From contig JAVYRW010000001.1 of NCBI GenBank assembly GCA_038730205.1, positions 1 to 47,345 on the forward strand: a stretch of 47,345 nt of DNA, read 5' to 3'. Shown here piece after piece: positions 1 to 8,562 of this stretch (position 1 is its first letter; each line of letters starts with the position of its first letter). A program made the position numbers and the translations under genes. This DNA is from Candidatus Micrarchaeaceae archaeon. Its GTDB lineage: Archaea; Micrarchaeota; Micrarchaeia; Micrarchaeales; CABMGC01. The notes under the pieces were generated by a model. The model did no database searches. It had not been told where the DNA came from and was given only the letters and a program-made list of their open reading frames with translations.

Positions 1-330
1 GCTAGAACGGAATGCAACATTGGTTATTCATATCAGTTGCGTTTTGGAGCGTAGCATAGTTGAAGCCGAATTTAGCTAGTAAAAGGAATGTAACTTCAGG
101 CCGTCATATTTAGAATATTGATTAGTCGCAAACTTCTTTAGGAACTGTTTATGTACTATCTTCTTTATGAACTTCATCTGGAGATGAGTTAGATTTGAAA
201 GTACTGAATACAAGTTGTTTATAAGACTTTTGTATTCTGATTCCTTTCTAGGATTTGAACTAATTTTTTATTTCTAATTTTGCTTGATTCTATAGAATTT
301 GGATCAGCGACTTACGTCGAAAATTTTAAG

Positions 331-405
331 TGCTCCCAACGGGATTTGAACCCGTGTTGCGGGATTGAAAGCCCCGCGTCCTTGGCCGTGCTAGACGATA
401 GGAGC
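331..405 (-). tRNA. tRNA-Glu (anticodon UUC)
   Basis: The reverse complement folds as a cloverleaf. It has acceptor GCTCCTA/TGGGAGC plus discriminator A, D stem GTCT/GGAC, anticodon arm CGGGG-CTTTCAA-TCCCG (TTC at positions 34-36), and T arm ACGGG-TTCAAAT-CCCGT. No CCA is encoded. Confidence 0.9.
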
Positions 406-482
406 GATATAATGATGTATATATTTAATTATTCAGTAATATAAATATTACTACACAATAACTTACTGCTTGTGGTGATATT

Positions 483-1124
483 TTGGATGGAATATTTGTA
501 TGTATAGAAGGTATTGATGGTTCTGGAAAAACCACACAAGCAAATATACTAGCAAAAAAACTTACCGAAGCTGGAAAAAATATCTCTTTGTTTTCTTATC
601 CTACACATGATTCTATATATGGAAAAATAATAAGAGATGATTTCCTTGCCGGTAAGATTGAGATGAGTGTAGAAGAACAATTTCTTTTGTATTTACTTGA
701 TATGCAATCGGATAAGAAAAAAATACTGAATGCACTTTCTACTGGAAATATAGTTATGAGTGAGAGATATTTTATATCAACAATAGCATATCAATCTGCA
801 GGAAATTTCGATTATGAAAAAGCCAAAGCAGTAGAAGAATTAATGTCGCTCCCTAGACCAGATATTATATTTTATATTGATATTGAACCGGAAATAGCAT
901 TTGAAAGAAAAAAAAGACAAAAGCAAAAAACAGACAGATTTGAAAGCGCAAGAGAGTATATTAACAAAGTCAGAAATGTTTATGAAAAACTTTATTTTGA
1001 AAGATACGGAGGTAAAACATGGATAAGAATAGATGGCACTCAAAATGAAGAAGATATATCTAATTTTATATTTACAACAATACTTAATACAATTAAAAAA
1101 GAAAAACAGAAAAATTTGATTTAG
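483..1124 (+). CDS. tmk: thymidylate (dTMP) kinase
   Basis: 213-aa ORF with the N-terminal P-loop IEGIDGSGKTTQ typical of dTMP kinases. The TTG start lies 4 nt after a GGTGA ribosome-binding motif (474-478). Confidence 0.9.
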   Translation: MDGIFVCIEGIDGSGKTTQANILAKKLTEAGKNISLFSYPTHDSIYGKIIRDDFLAGKIEMSVEEQFLLYLLDMQSDKKKILNALSTGNIVMSERYFISTIAYQSAGNFDYEKAKAVEELMSLPRPDIIFYIDIEPEIAFERKKRQKQKTDRFESAREYINKVRNVYEKLYFERYGGKTWIRIDGTQNEEDISNFIFTTILNTIKKEKQKNLI

Positions 1125-1132
1125 GTGAGTTA

Positions 1133-1681
1133 TTGATATTATCAGACTACGATTTGGAAAATATGATAAGGACATCAAGGCTTAGTATTAAACCATTTAA
1201 AAAAGATGTTATACGTGAAAACGGAATAGATTTTAGATTGGCTGATGAAGTAGCTAGACACAACACAAAATTAGGTGTTGATTTTGTATTAGATCCTTCG
1301 AAAGAAGAAGACGTTAAAAAAGAGTACATATTAGAAAAAAATAAAAAAGAAATAATAATAAACTCCCATGAACAGGTACTTATGTCAACTATAGAGTATC
1401 TTAAAATGCCAGATAATGTAATGGGTTTTGTAGAGCTAAGAAGTACATGGGCAAGACATGGATTAATAATGCCGCCAACAATAATCGATGCTGGATTCAG
1501 TGGAAATATAACATTAGAAGTTTTTAATGCTAGTTCAAATGCAATACTTTTAAAACCAGGATTAAGATTTGCACATATAATATTTGCCACAACATTAAAT
1601 AGAGTAAGTAATGCTTATTCTGGTTCTTATTTCGGTCAAATGGGAGTAAAGCTTCCTAAAGTAATAAAGATTACAAAATAA
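1133..1681 (+). CDS. dcd: dCTP deaminase / dUTPase-fold protein
   Basis: 182-aa ORF with the dCTP-deaminase-family signature IIDAGFSGNITLEVFN and N-terminal MILSD...IKPF. The TTG start is preceded by AGGTGA. It sits directly after tmk. Confidence 0.85.
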   Translation: MILSDYDLENMIRTSRLSIKPFKKDVIRENGIDFRLADEVARHNTKLGVDFVLDPSKEEDVKKEYILEKNKKEIIINSHEQVLMSTIEYLKMPDNVMGFVELRSTWARHGLIMPPTIIDAGFSGNITLEVFNASSNAILLKPGLRFAHIIFATTLNRVSNAYSGSYFGQMGVKLPKVIKITK

Positions 1682-1738
1682 GTTTTATGTGTTAATTAAA
1701 AATAGAAGGTAAAAATAAAAGAAATTAATTTTTTAGTA

Positions 1739-2020
1739 TTATCTTGATAAATCATTTAGTTCTTCTCTGCTTGCTGTTTCTTCTTTTGACCCTGCTGGAC
1801 CTGAAACTAAAACAACATCCCCTACGTTCTTTACACTTTTGTAGAGAATGCTTTTTTTCTTAAGTACAACGTTTGCGTCGTTCTTTGCACTCTTCCATGG
1901 AGTCATAAGCAATCTGCTTATTTCACCTTTTTCAAGGTCTATTATAACATCTTGTACATCGCCAAGGTACTGACCCTCATCGCTGTATATATCCATTCTG
2001 TATATTTCAGAGATCTTCAT
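1739..2020 (-). CDS. PRC-barrel domain protein
   Basis: 93-aa ORF. The segment IYSDEGQYLGDVQDVIIDLEKGEISRLLM matches the PRC-barrel pattern common in small archaeal proteins. Confidence 0.65.
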   Translation of the reverse strand: MKISEIYRMDIYSDEGQYLGDVQDVIIDLEKGEISRLLMTPWKSAKNDANVVLKKKSILYKSVKNVGDVVLVSGPAGSKEETASREELNDLSR

Positions 2021-2090
2021 AAAATCGCCTCGATATTACTACAAGAAGCAGTTATTTAAAGCTTTTCTTTAATTTAAGAATAGAGGAAAA

Positions 2091-3248
2091 CTAAGGTTGC
2101 ATCCAATCTATCTCATAATAATCTGCTTTGCTACCTTTAAGAAGTATCTTTTTAACTTTGTAATAAGTTACTGCGGTTTCTCTATCAGTTATAGCAAGTA
2201 TTAACTCTAATTTTTTATCTTTTGCTTCTTTTATTGCTCCAGAAAACTCTTTTCCGCCAATATATTCTTCCTCGCTCAAAGAGAGCATTGCATATCTTGG
2301 TGGGAACATGTCCGGACTTTCAGCCTCTCCGCCCCTTCTATGATATAAAATAAAATCGGGTTTTATTTTTTTATTTTGAAGTATGCCAGGAACAGCAAGA
2401 ATGAATGTTTTTCTAACAGAGTGAGCTACACGAATAGCACGTGCCCATTCAGATATTAATAAGCGTGAATCTTTTGGGAAAACGTGTATTACATGTTTTG
2501 AATGGACCCAGTCTTTATCTTCTTTTTTGACTGGTTTTGCACCAGGAAAGTATACCCTAAAATGAGTACCAAATTTAAAACCTGTTTTAATTATATAACC
2601 CTTTTCTCTCCAATCCGAATAAACTTCAAAAAGTTTAAGAAAATCTTTTCTTCTTGATTTTGCAAATGATAATATTTTTTTCTGGTTAAACGAAGAAAAA
2701 TTTAAAATATTTTTTTCAAGTAAAAAATATGTTTCGTAAATATCTAACTTATTTAATTTACCTCTTTCGGGAGCTTTGTATGAACCATATTGACCTAACC
2801 AAAAATTTTCATAAAAAGATTTTCCTTTTTCATCATCATTTATTATTGAGACTAAATCAGATTTGAAAAAGGTTCCTTCTAAATGATATTGTGGTAAATT
2901 TAATTTAGAAGAAGGATACTCTTTTATTGGAACTTTATTTGAATTTTCTTTAAAAAAAGATATGTCTTTTACCACTAAACCCCTATCGCGCCAGTCTTTA
3001 TAAGTAAAGTACTTTGCCATAAATTTTTTGGAGTTATTGAATAGAGATAATAAATCTGCAAAGTTTAGCTCTGCTCCCTTCTTATTGCAAATCGCATTTC
3101 TTACTTCAATAAGATACAGCACTTCAAAAATATTTAATTTTAAAACTTTATTTTCGAATGAACCAAAAAATCCCTTTTTAAGTAAATCAATACTTGATTG
3201 ATCTTTAACTATTAATTGATTTTTAGAAATGTACTCTATTTGAAGCAT
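2091..3248 (-). CDS. endA: tRNA-splicing endonuclease, long multi-unit form
   Basis: 385-aa ORF. The catalytic unit YSDWREKGYIIKTGFKFGTHFRVY...HSKHVIHVFP...RVAHSVRKTFILAV aligns with the Tyr/His/Lys triad region of M. jannaschii EndA. There is also a degenerate N-terminal unit and an extra C-terminal tail. Confidence 0.85.
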   Translation of the reverse strand: MLQIEYISKNQLIVKDQSSIDLLKKGFFGSFENKVLKLNIFEVLYLIEVRNAICNKKGAELNFADLLSLFNNSKKFMAKYFTYKDWRDRGLVVKDISFFKENSNKVPIKEYPSSKLNLPQYHLEGTFFKSDLVSIINDDEKGKSFYENFWLGQYGSYKAPERGKLNKLDIYETYFLLEKNILNFSSFNQKKILSFAKSRRKDFLKLFEVYSDWREKGYIIKTGFKFGTHFRVYFPGAKPVKKEDKDWVHSKHVIHVFPKDSRLLISEWARAIRVAHSVRKTFILAVPGILQNKKIKPDFILYHRRGGEAESPDMFPPRYAMLSLSEEEYIGGKEFSGAIKEAKDKKLELILAITDRETAVTYYKVKKILLKGSKADYYEIDWMQP

Positions 3249-3308
3249 ATAATTCTTACCTTACAAAATAATATTATTAGAATAACGTTATTAAGCCTTT
3301 ATTTTAAA

Positions 3309-3839
3309 TTATCTTTTTGTTTTTAACTCTTCAGACATTATATTAATTTCCATGCTTGCAAAAAAGATTGAATTTAATAATTGAAATTCAATTATGGTTC
3401 CTGATGACTTTAAAAGTTTAGATTTATTAAAAATATCTTTTGATAAATTTACTATACGTGTTGAAAGCTCAATTAATGGAACTGCCTCGTAAGCAACCAT
3501 ATCGTACATGTCAAATATTATTTTTTTATTATTTTCTTTATTTTTATTGTCCCTTCTTAATAAAGGAATACTTGATTTCTTTGCTTCTGACCAGTTATCA
3601 ACATTACCTAAACCTAATTGTAAATTGCTTCTTGAAAGATTAATGTAAACAACATGTAAATTATCTGCAATTATTTTTGATAGATATGGATTTTTTTCTT
3701 CAAAAGTAAGAAGAGATAATGCATGTGCCTCTTGTTTAGTTTGTTTAATAAGATTTTTTAACTCTTCTTTTGTTTTAGATAAATCTTGATTTTTAGAATT
3801 TTTTGAAGACTTTTCGGAATTTGATTTGAATTTTGCCAC
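3309..3839 (-). CDS. hypothetical protein with Lys/Ser-rich N-terminus
   Basis: 176-aa ORF directly upstream of endA on the same strand. I recognise no motif. The coding call rests on ORF length and operon position only. Confidence 0.5.
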   Translation of the reverse strand: MAKFKSNSEKSSKNSKNQDLSKTKEELKNLIKQTKQEAHALSLLTFEEKNPYLSKIIADNLHVVYINLSRSNLQLGLGNVDNWSEAKKSSIPLLRRDNKNKENNKKIIFDMYDMVAYEAVPLIELSTRIVNLSKDIFNKSKLLKSSGTIIEFQLLNSIFFASMEINIMSEELKTKR

Positions 3840-4000
3840 AAAAATCGTAAAGTATATCCACTTTTAAGATATATATGTTTAACGTTATATGAGTAGATAA
3901 GTTGCTATAGTTTGTTTTTAGAAATTAGTTTTTTTAATTAATTTATATTTATAAGAAGTTACTCAAAAAGGTTAAAGAGTTTTATTACAAATATAAAAGT

Positions 4001-4975
4001 ATGGCAATAATGGGAATAGAAAGTAGTGCACATACTTTTGGAGTAGGTATAGTTGAAAATGGTAAAGTTTTAGCAAATGTAAAATCAATGTATAAAATAG
4101 GAAATAAAGGAATGATACCTATAGAGGTATCTGAACATCATATAGAAAATGCTGGAGAAACTATAAAATTGGCACTAGAAAAAGCAAAAATAAAATCAGA
4201 TGAGTTAGAAGGAGTAGGATACACTAAAGGGCCAGGTATGGGCCCATGTCTTCAAGTAGGACAATTAAGTGCTAAAACTCTTTCATATAGACTAAAAATA
4301 CCTATAGTATCAATAAATCACGGAGTAGCTCATGTAGAAATAACTAAACATATACAGAAAATGAAGGATCCTCTTGCATTATACGTTAGTGGTGGAAACT
4401 CACAGCTTCTTGTTCTTAATCAAAATACTAGAAAGTATAGAGTATTAGGGGAAACTTTTGATATAGGATTAGGCAACGCAATAGACAACCTAGCTAGATC
4501 GCTAGGGCTAGAACACGCTTGGGGCTCTGATGTAGAACGCTTAGCTAAAGAGGGCTCATATATAGAAATGCCCTACACCGTAAAAGGGATGGACTTCTCT
4601 TTCACAGGATTATTAACTCACGCTATTAAAAAGCTAAAAACTGAAAGAAATGAAGATGTATGCTACTCCTTTCAAGAAACAGCATTTTCAATGTTATGTG
4701 AAGCTACTGAAAGAGCCTTACTTTTAAGTAATAAAAATGAGTTATGCTTATGTGGTGGTGTAGCACAAAATACAAAATTATCTACAATGTTAGAGATAAT
4801 GGCTTCAGAACATGGAGTCAGATTTGCTAAGGCGCCCGATGAGTTCAATGCAGATAATGGAGCTATGATTGCTGTTGTTGCAGAAAAAAATATTAAAAAT
4901 AAAGCATTCGAAAAACTAGAAGACTGTGATATAAAACAAAGGTATAGAATAGATGAAGTGATTGTTTATGAATAA
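4001..4975 (+). CDS. kae1: tRNA N6-adenosine threonylcarbamoyltransferase Kae1 (KEOPS subunit)
   Basis: 324-aa ORF. The N-terminal GIESSAHTFGVGIV and the later HVE / YVSGGN / GGVAQN blocks are typical of Kae1/TsaD (ASKHA fold). Confidence 0.9.
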   Translation: MAIMGIESSAHTFGVGIVENGKVLANVKSMYKIGNKGMIPIEVSEHHIENAGETIKLALEKAKIKSDELEGVGYTKGPGMGPCLQVGQLSAKTLSYRLKIPIVSINHGVAHVEITKHIQKMKDPLALYVSGGNSQLLVLNQNTRKYRVLGETFDIGLGNAIDNLARSLGLEHAWGSDVERLAKEGSYIEMPYTVKGMDFSFTGLLTHAIKKLKTERNEDVCYSFQETAFSMLCEATERALLLSNKNELCLCGGVAQNTKLSTMLEIMASEHGVRFAKAPDEFNADNGAMIAVVAEKNIKNKAFEKLEDCDIKQRYRIDEVIVYE

Positions 4976-5552
4976 TTTGAAAGGTGCCGAGGCAGTAATA
5001 GAAGTACATACTTTTTATGGCAAAAATGTAATTATCAAAACAAGATTAGAAAAAAAATATAGAGTTAAGATTTTAGATGAAAAACTTAGATATTCTAGAA
5101 CTAGACGAGAGGCTAGAATATTACTTAAATTGAATAAATTAGATATTAATGTTCCAAAGCTAATTGCTGTAGGAAAGTATAGTTTAATGATGAGTTTTAT
5201 CGATGGTACTTTAATGCGGGATCTTCCAGAAAATATAGAATTGATTGGAGATATAGGAAAGGAGGTTAAAAAAATGCACATATCAGGTATTGTTCATGGG
5301 GACTTAACTCCAGCAAATATAATAATTAAAGAAAATTCTCCATTCATAATTGATTTTGGATTGGCCGAAGTTAGCAATAGCTTAGAGGAAAAGGCGATTG
5401 ATTTACTTTTGTTTAAAAGATCAGTTAGTAAGAAAGCGTTCGAGTTGTTTTTAGAAGGTTATGTTGAGAAAAATCATGAAAGTAAAAAAATTTTGGATAA
5501 ACTTAAGGAAGTAGAACTAAGGGGCAGATATAACTTAAGAACTCTCGCCTAA
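4962..5552 (+). CDS. bud32: Bud32-type atypical protein kinase (KEOPS subunit)
   Basis: 196-aa ORF with GAEAVI, the catalytic loop HGDLTPANIII and IDFGLA. It overlaps the end of kae1. The ATG at 4968 is at least as plausible a start as the TTG at 4962. Confidence 0.85.
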   Translation: MFMNNLKGAEAVIEVHTFYGKNVIIKTRLEKKYRVKILDEKLRYSRTRREARILLKLNKLDINVPKLIAVGKYSLMMSFIDGTLMRDLPENIELIGDIGKEVKKMHISGIVHGDLTPANIIIKENSPFIIDFGLAEVSNSLEEKAIDLLLFKRSVSKKAFELFLEGYVEKNHESKKILDKLKEVELRGRYNLRTLA

Positions 5553-5592
5553 AGTAATGAAAATAAATAAAAAAATAAAAAATCTGTAATAA

Positions 5593-5667
5593 TTACAGAT
5601 CTCCTACTCTTCTCTTTTGGGCTCTTTTTACTCGTTTTCTTCTCTTCTTTACCCATTTCCAGCGCAT
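5593..5667 (-). CDS. rpl41e: ribosomal protein eL41 (L41e), mini-ORF absent from the ORF track
   Basis: The minus strand reads ATG CGC TGG AAA TGG ..., giving [24 protein letters not shown]. The upstream in-frame residues ...[10 protein letters not shown] extend the match to archaeal L41e (as I recall it, M. jannaschii ...[23 protein letters not shown]...). An in-frame TTG at 5748 would give a 51-aa form. Confidence 0.6.
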   Translation of the reverse strand: MRWKWVKKRRKRVKRAQKRRVGDL

Positions 5668-5799
5668 TCTTCCTTTCTTTTTCCATTTTCTAGGTATACT
5701 TCCCAGTAAAACACCGATTAAATATTCGAATATGTTTTTGTGGCGCAAGAATAATAATACTTGCGTTAAATATATTCTAAAAGAATATAATGTGATTAT

Positions 5800-6567
5800 A
5801 TGGGAAAACTAGCAATAATAGGAATAATTATTGTTGCAATAATTATTTTAGGAAGTATACTATATCTATTTAAAAATAAAAATGGAATTGGTAGTATAAT
5901 TAGCAGTGTAGTTACAACTACTAAAACAAACACGACAAAAAATAATACAGTTTCAAGTGTTATTACAGTTACTACTACGCAAGAAAATAATACAACCGGA
6001 AACAGTACAATATTAGCTGATTGTTTAACTAATTTGCCTAATGAAAGTATACCTAATGGAAACTTCCAAACTGGAAGTTATCAGAATTGGAACGTAACAG
6101 GCATAGGCTTTGGTTCTGCACCTGCAAATATAATTCAATACAACAACGAAAGTGAGTATTATAATAGTCCTTGGGAAAATTACAATGGACAGTACTTTGC
6201 AACAACATATAGAGGGGGTTTTATAATAAGTCCCGGAAATATAACATCAGACGCTTTCCAAGTTACAGAACCTTATCTTAACTTTAAGATAGTTTCTCCG
6301 CAAAATAATTTACTTTATGTTGAGATATTAGAAAACAATACTCCAGTAATAGTAAAACAATTTAATAGTTATGGAAATATAGGTGCACCTTCTGGAACTT
6401 TTGAAAATGCGACAATACCTTTAACATCATTATTATGTAAAAATATCAATATCAGAGTAGTTTCAGGAGTTGTTTATACACCAGCTACAAAGTATGATAT
6501 AATAGCAGTAGGGGATTTCTATCTTTCAAAAACACCAATAGGAAGTACTGGAACTTCATTAAATTGA
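5800..6567 (+). CDS. membrane-anchored or secreted protein, Thr/Asn-rich linker, function unknown
   Basis: 255-aa ORF with an N-terminal hydrophobic helix ([21 protein letters not shown]), a T/N-rich linker and many NxS/T sequons. The [15 protein letters not shown] motif resembles beta-sandwich carbohydrate-binding modules, but the match is weak. Confidence 0.6.
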   Translation: MGKLAIIGIIIVAIIILGSILYLFKNKNGIGSIISSVVTTTKTNTTKNNTVSSVITVTTTQENNTTGNSTILADCLTNLPNESIPNGNFQTGSYQNWNVTGIGFGSAPANIIQYNNESEYYNSPWENYNGQYFATTYRGGFIISPGNITSDAFQVTEPYLNFKIVSPQNNLLYVEILENNTPVIVKQFNSYGNIGAPSGTFENATIPLTSLLCKNINIRVVSGVVYTPATKYDIIAVGDFYLSKTPIGSTGTSLN

Positions 6568-6598
6568 TTTTTATTTTTTATTTTATTTGTGAGATATT

Positions 6599-8026
6599 AT
6601 GAAAATATATAATACGTTTAGCAAAAAGGAAGAAGAATTTAAACCTTTAAATGGAGATAAAGTTGGATTTTACACTTGTGGTCCAACCGTATATTTTTAT
6701 GCACATGTTGGAAATATGAGAAATTATATAATAAGTGATGTTCTAGAGAGGGTTTTATTAAAAAATAATTACAAAGTAAAACATGTTATGAATTTAACTG
6801 ATGTTGGCCACAACATAGGAGATGGAGATTTAGGTGAGGATAAAATAAAGGATGAAGCAAAGAAGGAGCACAAAACTCCCGAGGAAATAATAAAATTTTA
6901 TACTTCTGCCTTTTTTCAAGATACTGAAAAATTAAATATAAAAAAACCAGACATTGTTTCTAGAGCTTCAGATAATATAAAAGAAATATTGGAATTTATA
7001 AAAAAACTTGATGAAAAAGGATATTTATATGAAACAAAAACAGGTATTTATTTTAATACTTCAAAATTTAAAGATTATGGAAAGCTTTCGGGTTCCAATT
7101 TTGAAAAATTAAATGAGCAACAATTAGGAGGAGCAAGGGTAGAAAGACCCGAAGGAATAAAAAATATAACTGATTTTGCAGTTTGGAGATTTGCAAAGCC
7201 TAATGAAAAGGATATGGTTTGGGATAGTGAATTTGGAAGAGGTTTCCCCGGATGGCATATAGAATGTAGTACAATTGCGTATAAATATTTAGGAGAACAA
7301 GTAGATATTCATTATGGGGGTCACGATCATATACAAGTACATCATACAAATGAAATAGCACAGAGTGAAGCTTTATTTGAAAAACAATTTGTTAAGTATT
7401 GGGTACATCTTGAATTTTTAACTGTAGAAGGAAAAAAGATGAGTAAATCTTTAAAAAATATTTATACAATAACTGATATCGAAAAAAAGAAATTCATGCC
7501 TTTGTCTTTTAGATTCATGGTTGTCTCAGTTCATTATAGAAAAATGATGAACTTTACTTTTGATGGTTTAAAACATGCAGAAGATGCACTTAAATCAATA
7601 TATGCATTTATAAGTAAGATTAGTTTTAATAATGAAAAGATAGGAAAACCCGATACTGAATTTTTAAAAAAAATTGAAGATTATAAAAAAATGTTTTTTG
7701 ATTTTGTAAATAATGATTTGGATATACCAAATGGAATAATAAAAATGCATGAAATGATAAATTATTCTAAAAAAGATTTAACAAAAGAAGAAACTAAAGT
7801 TGTTATTAACACCTTATTAGAATTTGATGAGATTTTAGGTCTTGATTTCAAAAAACATTTGAGTACTTCAATATCTGAAAAAGCATTAGATATAATAAAG
7901 GAAAGAGAACTCTCAAGAAAAGAAAGAGATTTTGTTAAATCAGATATTTTAAGAAAAAAACTACTAGATGATTATAAAATTAGAGTAGAAGATACAAAGG
8001 AAGGAAGTATTTGGTATAGTGTTTGA
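6599..8026 (+). CDS. cysS: cysteinyl-tRNA synthetase
   Basis: 475-aa ORF with the class I signatures CGPTVYFYAHVGNMRNY (HIGH-type) and KMSKS, plus the WHIECS zinc/cysteine-site block. Confidence 0.92.
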   Translation: MKIYNTFSKKEEEFKPLNGDKVGFYTCGPTVYFYAHVGNMRNYIISDVLERVLLKNNYKVKHVMNLTDVGHNIGDGDLGEDKIKDEAKKEHKTPEEIIKFYTSAFFQDTEKLNIKKPDIVSRASDNIKEILEFIKKLDEKGYLYETKTGIYFNTSKFKDYGKLSGSNFEKLNEQQLGGARVERPEGIKNITDFAVWRFAKPNEKDMVWDSEFGRGFPGWHIECSTIAYKYLGEQVDIHYGGHDHIQVHHTNEIAQSEALFEKQFVKYWVHLEFLTVEGKKMSKSLKNIYTITDIEKKKFMPLSFRFMVVSVHYRKMMNFTFDGLKHAEDALKSIYAFISKISFNNEKIGKPDTEFLKKIEDYKKMFFDFVNNDLDIPNGIIKMHEMINYSKKDLTKEETKVVINTLLEFDEILGLDFKKHLSTSISEKALDIIKERELSRKERDFVKSDILRKKLLDDYKIRVEDTKEGSIWYSV

Positions 8027-8434
8027 TTATTTTGTATTTTGTCTTCTTGATTTTTGTTTGCCTGTTTTTGCTGATACAAAAAGTAATGATATATCTTCTT
8101 TTTTTTCTGAATCTACCCACGACTTTATATAAATAGGAATATTTTTAAATGGTTTGGAGTATCTATCAGTAAAACTATAAGCGTTAGATTCATGTTTCAA
8201 AATTCCAACGGTTACTCCAAAATCAAGGTATCTTTTCCATGTTGCCATTGGTAAATCAGTACTGCAGTCTTTCAAACGGAGTTCGTGTTTATCTTTTACT
8301 TCTAATAACGCACGAGCAAATCTATATGCTCTTGTTTCATTATCAAAATAAATTTTAGCTACCTCTCTAACACTTGGGTTTTTTATTTTTTCTTTTACAG
8401 GGGCATCTTCATATTCCCAGTATTTGATAGGCAT
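8027..8434 (-). CDS. hypothetical protein, possible winged-helix DNA binder
   Basis: 135-aa ORF. The segment TWKRYLDFGVTVGILKHESNAYSFT looks like a recognition helix plus wing, and the C-terminal tail is basic. It is divergent from the 690-aa membrane protein. The assignment is tentative. Confidence 0.45.
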   Translation of the reverse strand: MPIKYWEYEDAPVKEKIKNPSVREVAKIYFDNETRAYRFARALLEVKDKHELRLKDCSTDLPMATWKRYLDFGVTVGILKHESNAYSFTDRYSKPFKNIPIYIKSWVDSEKKEDISLLFVSAKTGKQKSRRQNTK

Positions 8435-8562
8435 TTTATCAATAAGGATATCCTATTAAGAATTATAAAGTTTTCTAAAAGAGAATTTTCCCTTAAATAA
8501 ATATTTTTAAACAGAAATCATTATAACAAAATTTATTTATATTTAGCAGTTCAAGAAAGATT

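Noticed and set aside
251-260. GGATTTGAAC decamer identical to the T-loop region of the adjacent tRNA-Glu. Considered as a tRNA remnant or split-tRNA half.
   Set aside because: The flanking bases do not form a T stem (only 2 of 5 pairs), and no acceptor or anticodon arm can be drawn.
840-1590. Antisense ORFs 840..1178(-) and 1147..1590(-) opposite tmk and dcd. Similar cases are 3440..3643(+), 5015..5281(-), 11342..11548(-), 12047..12352(-), 12085..12291(-) and 12487..12684(-).
   Set aside because: They lie wholly inside, and opposite to, genes with strong family signatures. Their products are low-complexity with no motif. Long shadow ORFs are expected in AT-rich coding DNA.
8446-8455. Perfect 10-bp palindrome AGGATATCCT in the divergent promoter between the 135-aa and 690-aa genes. 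Considered as a possible operator.
   Set aside because: Palindromes of this length are expected many times by chance in AT-rich DNA of this size, and the flanks do not extend the symmetry.
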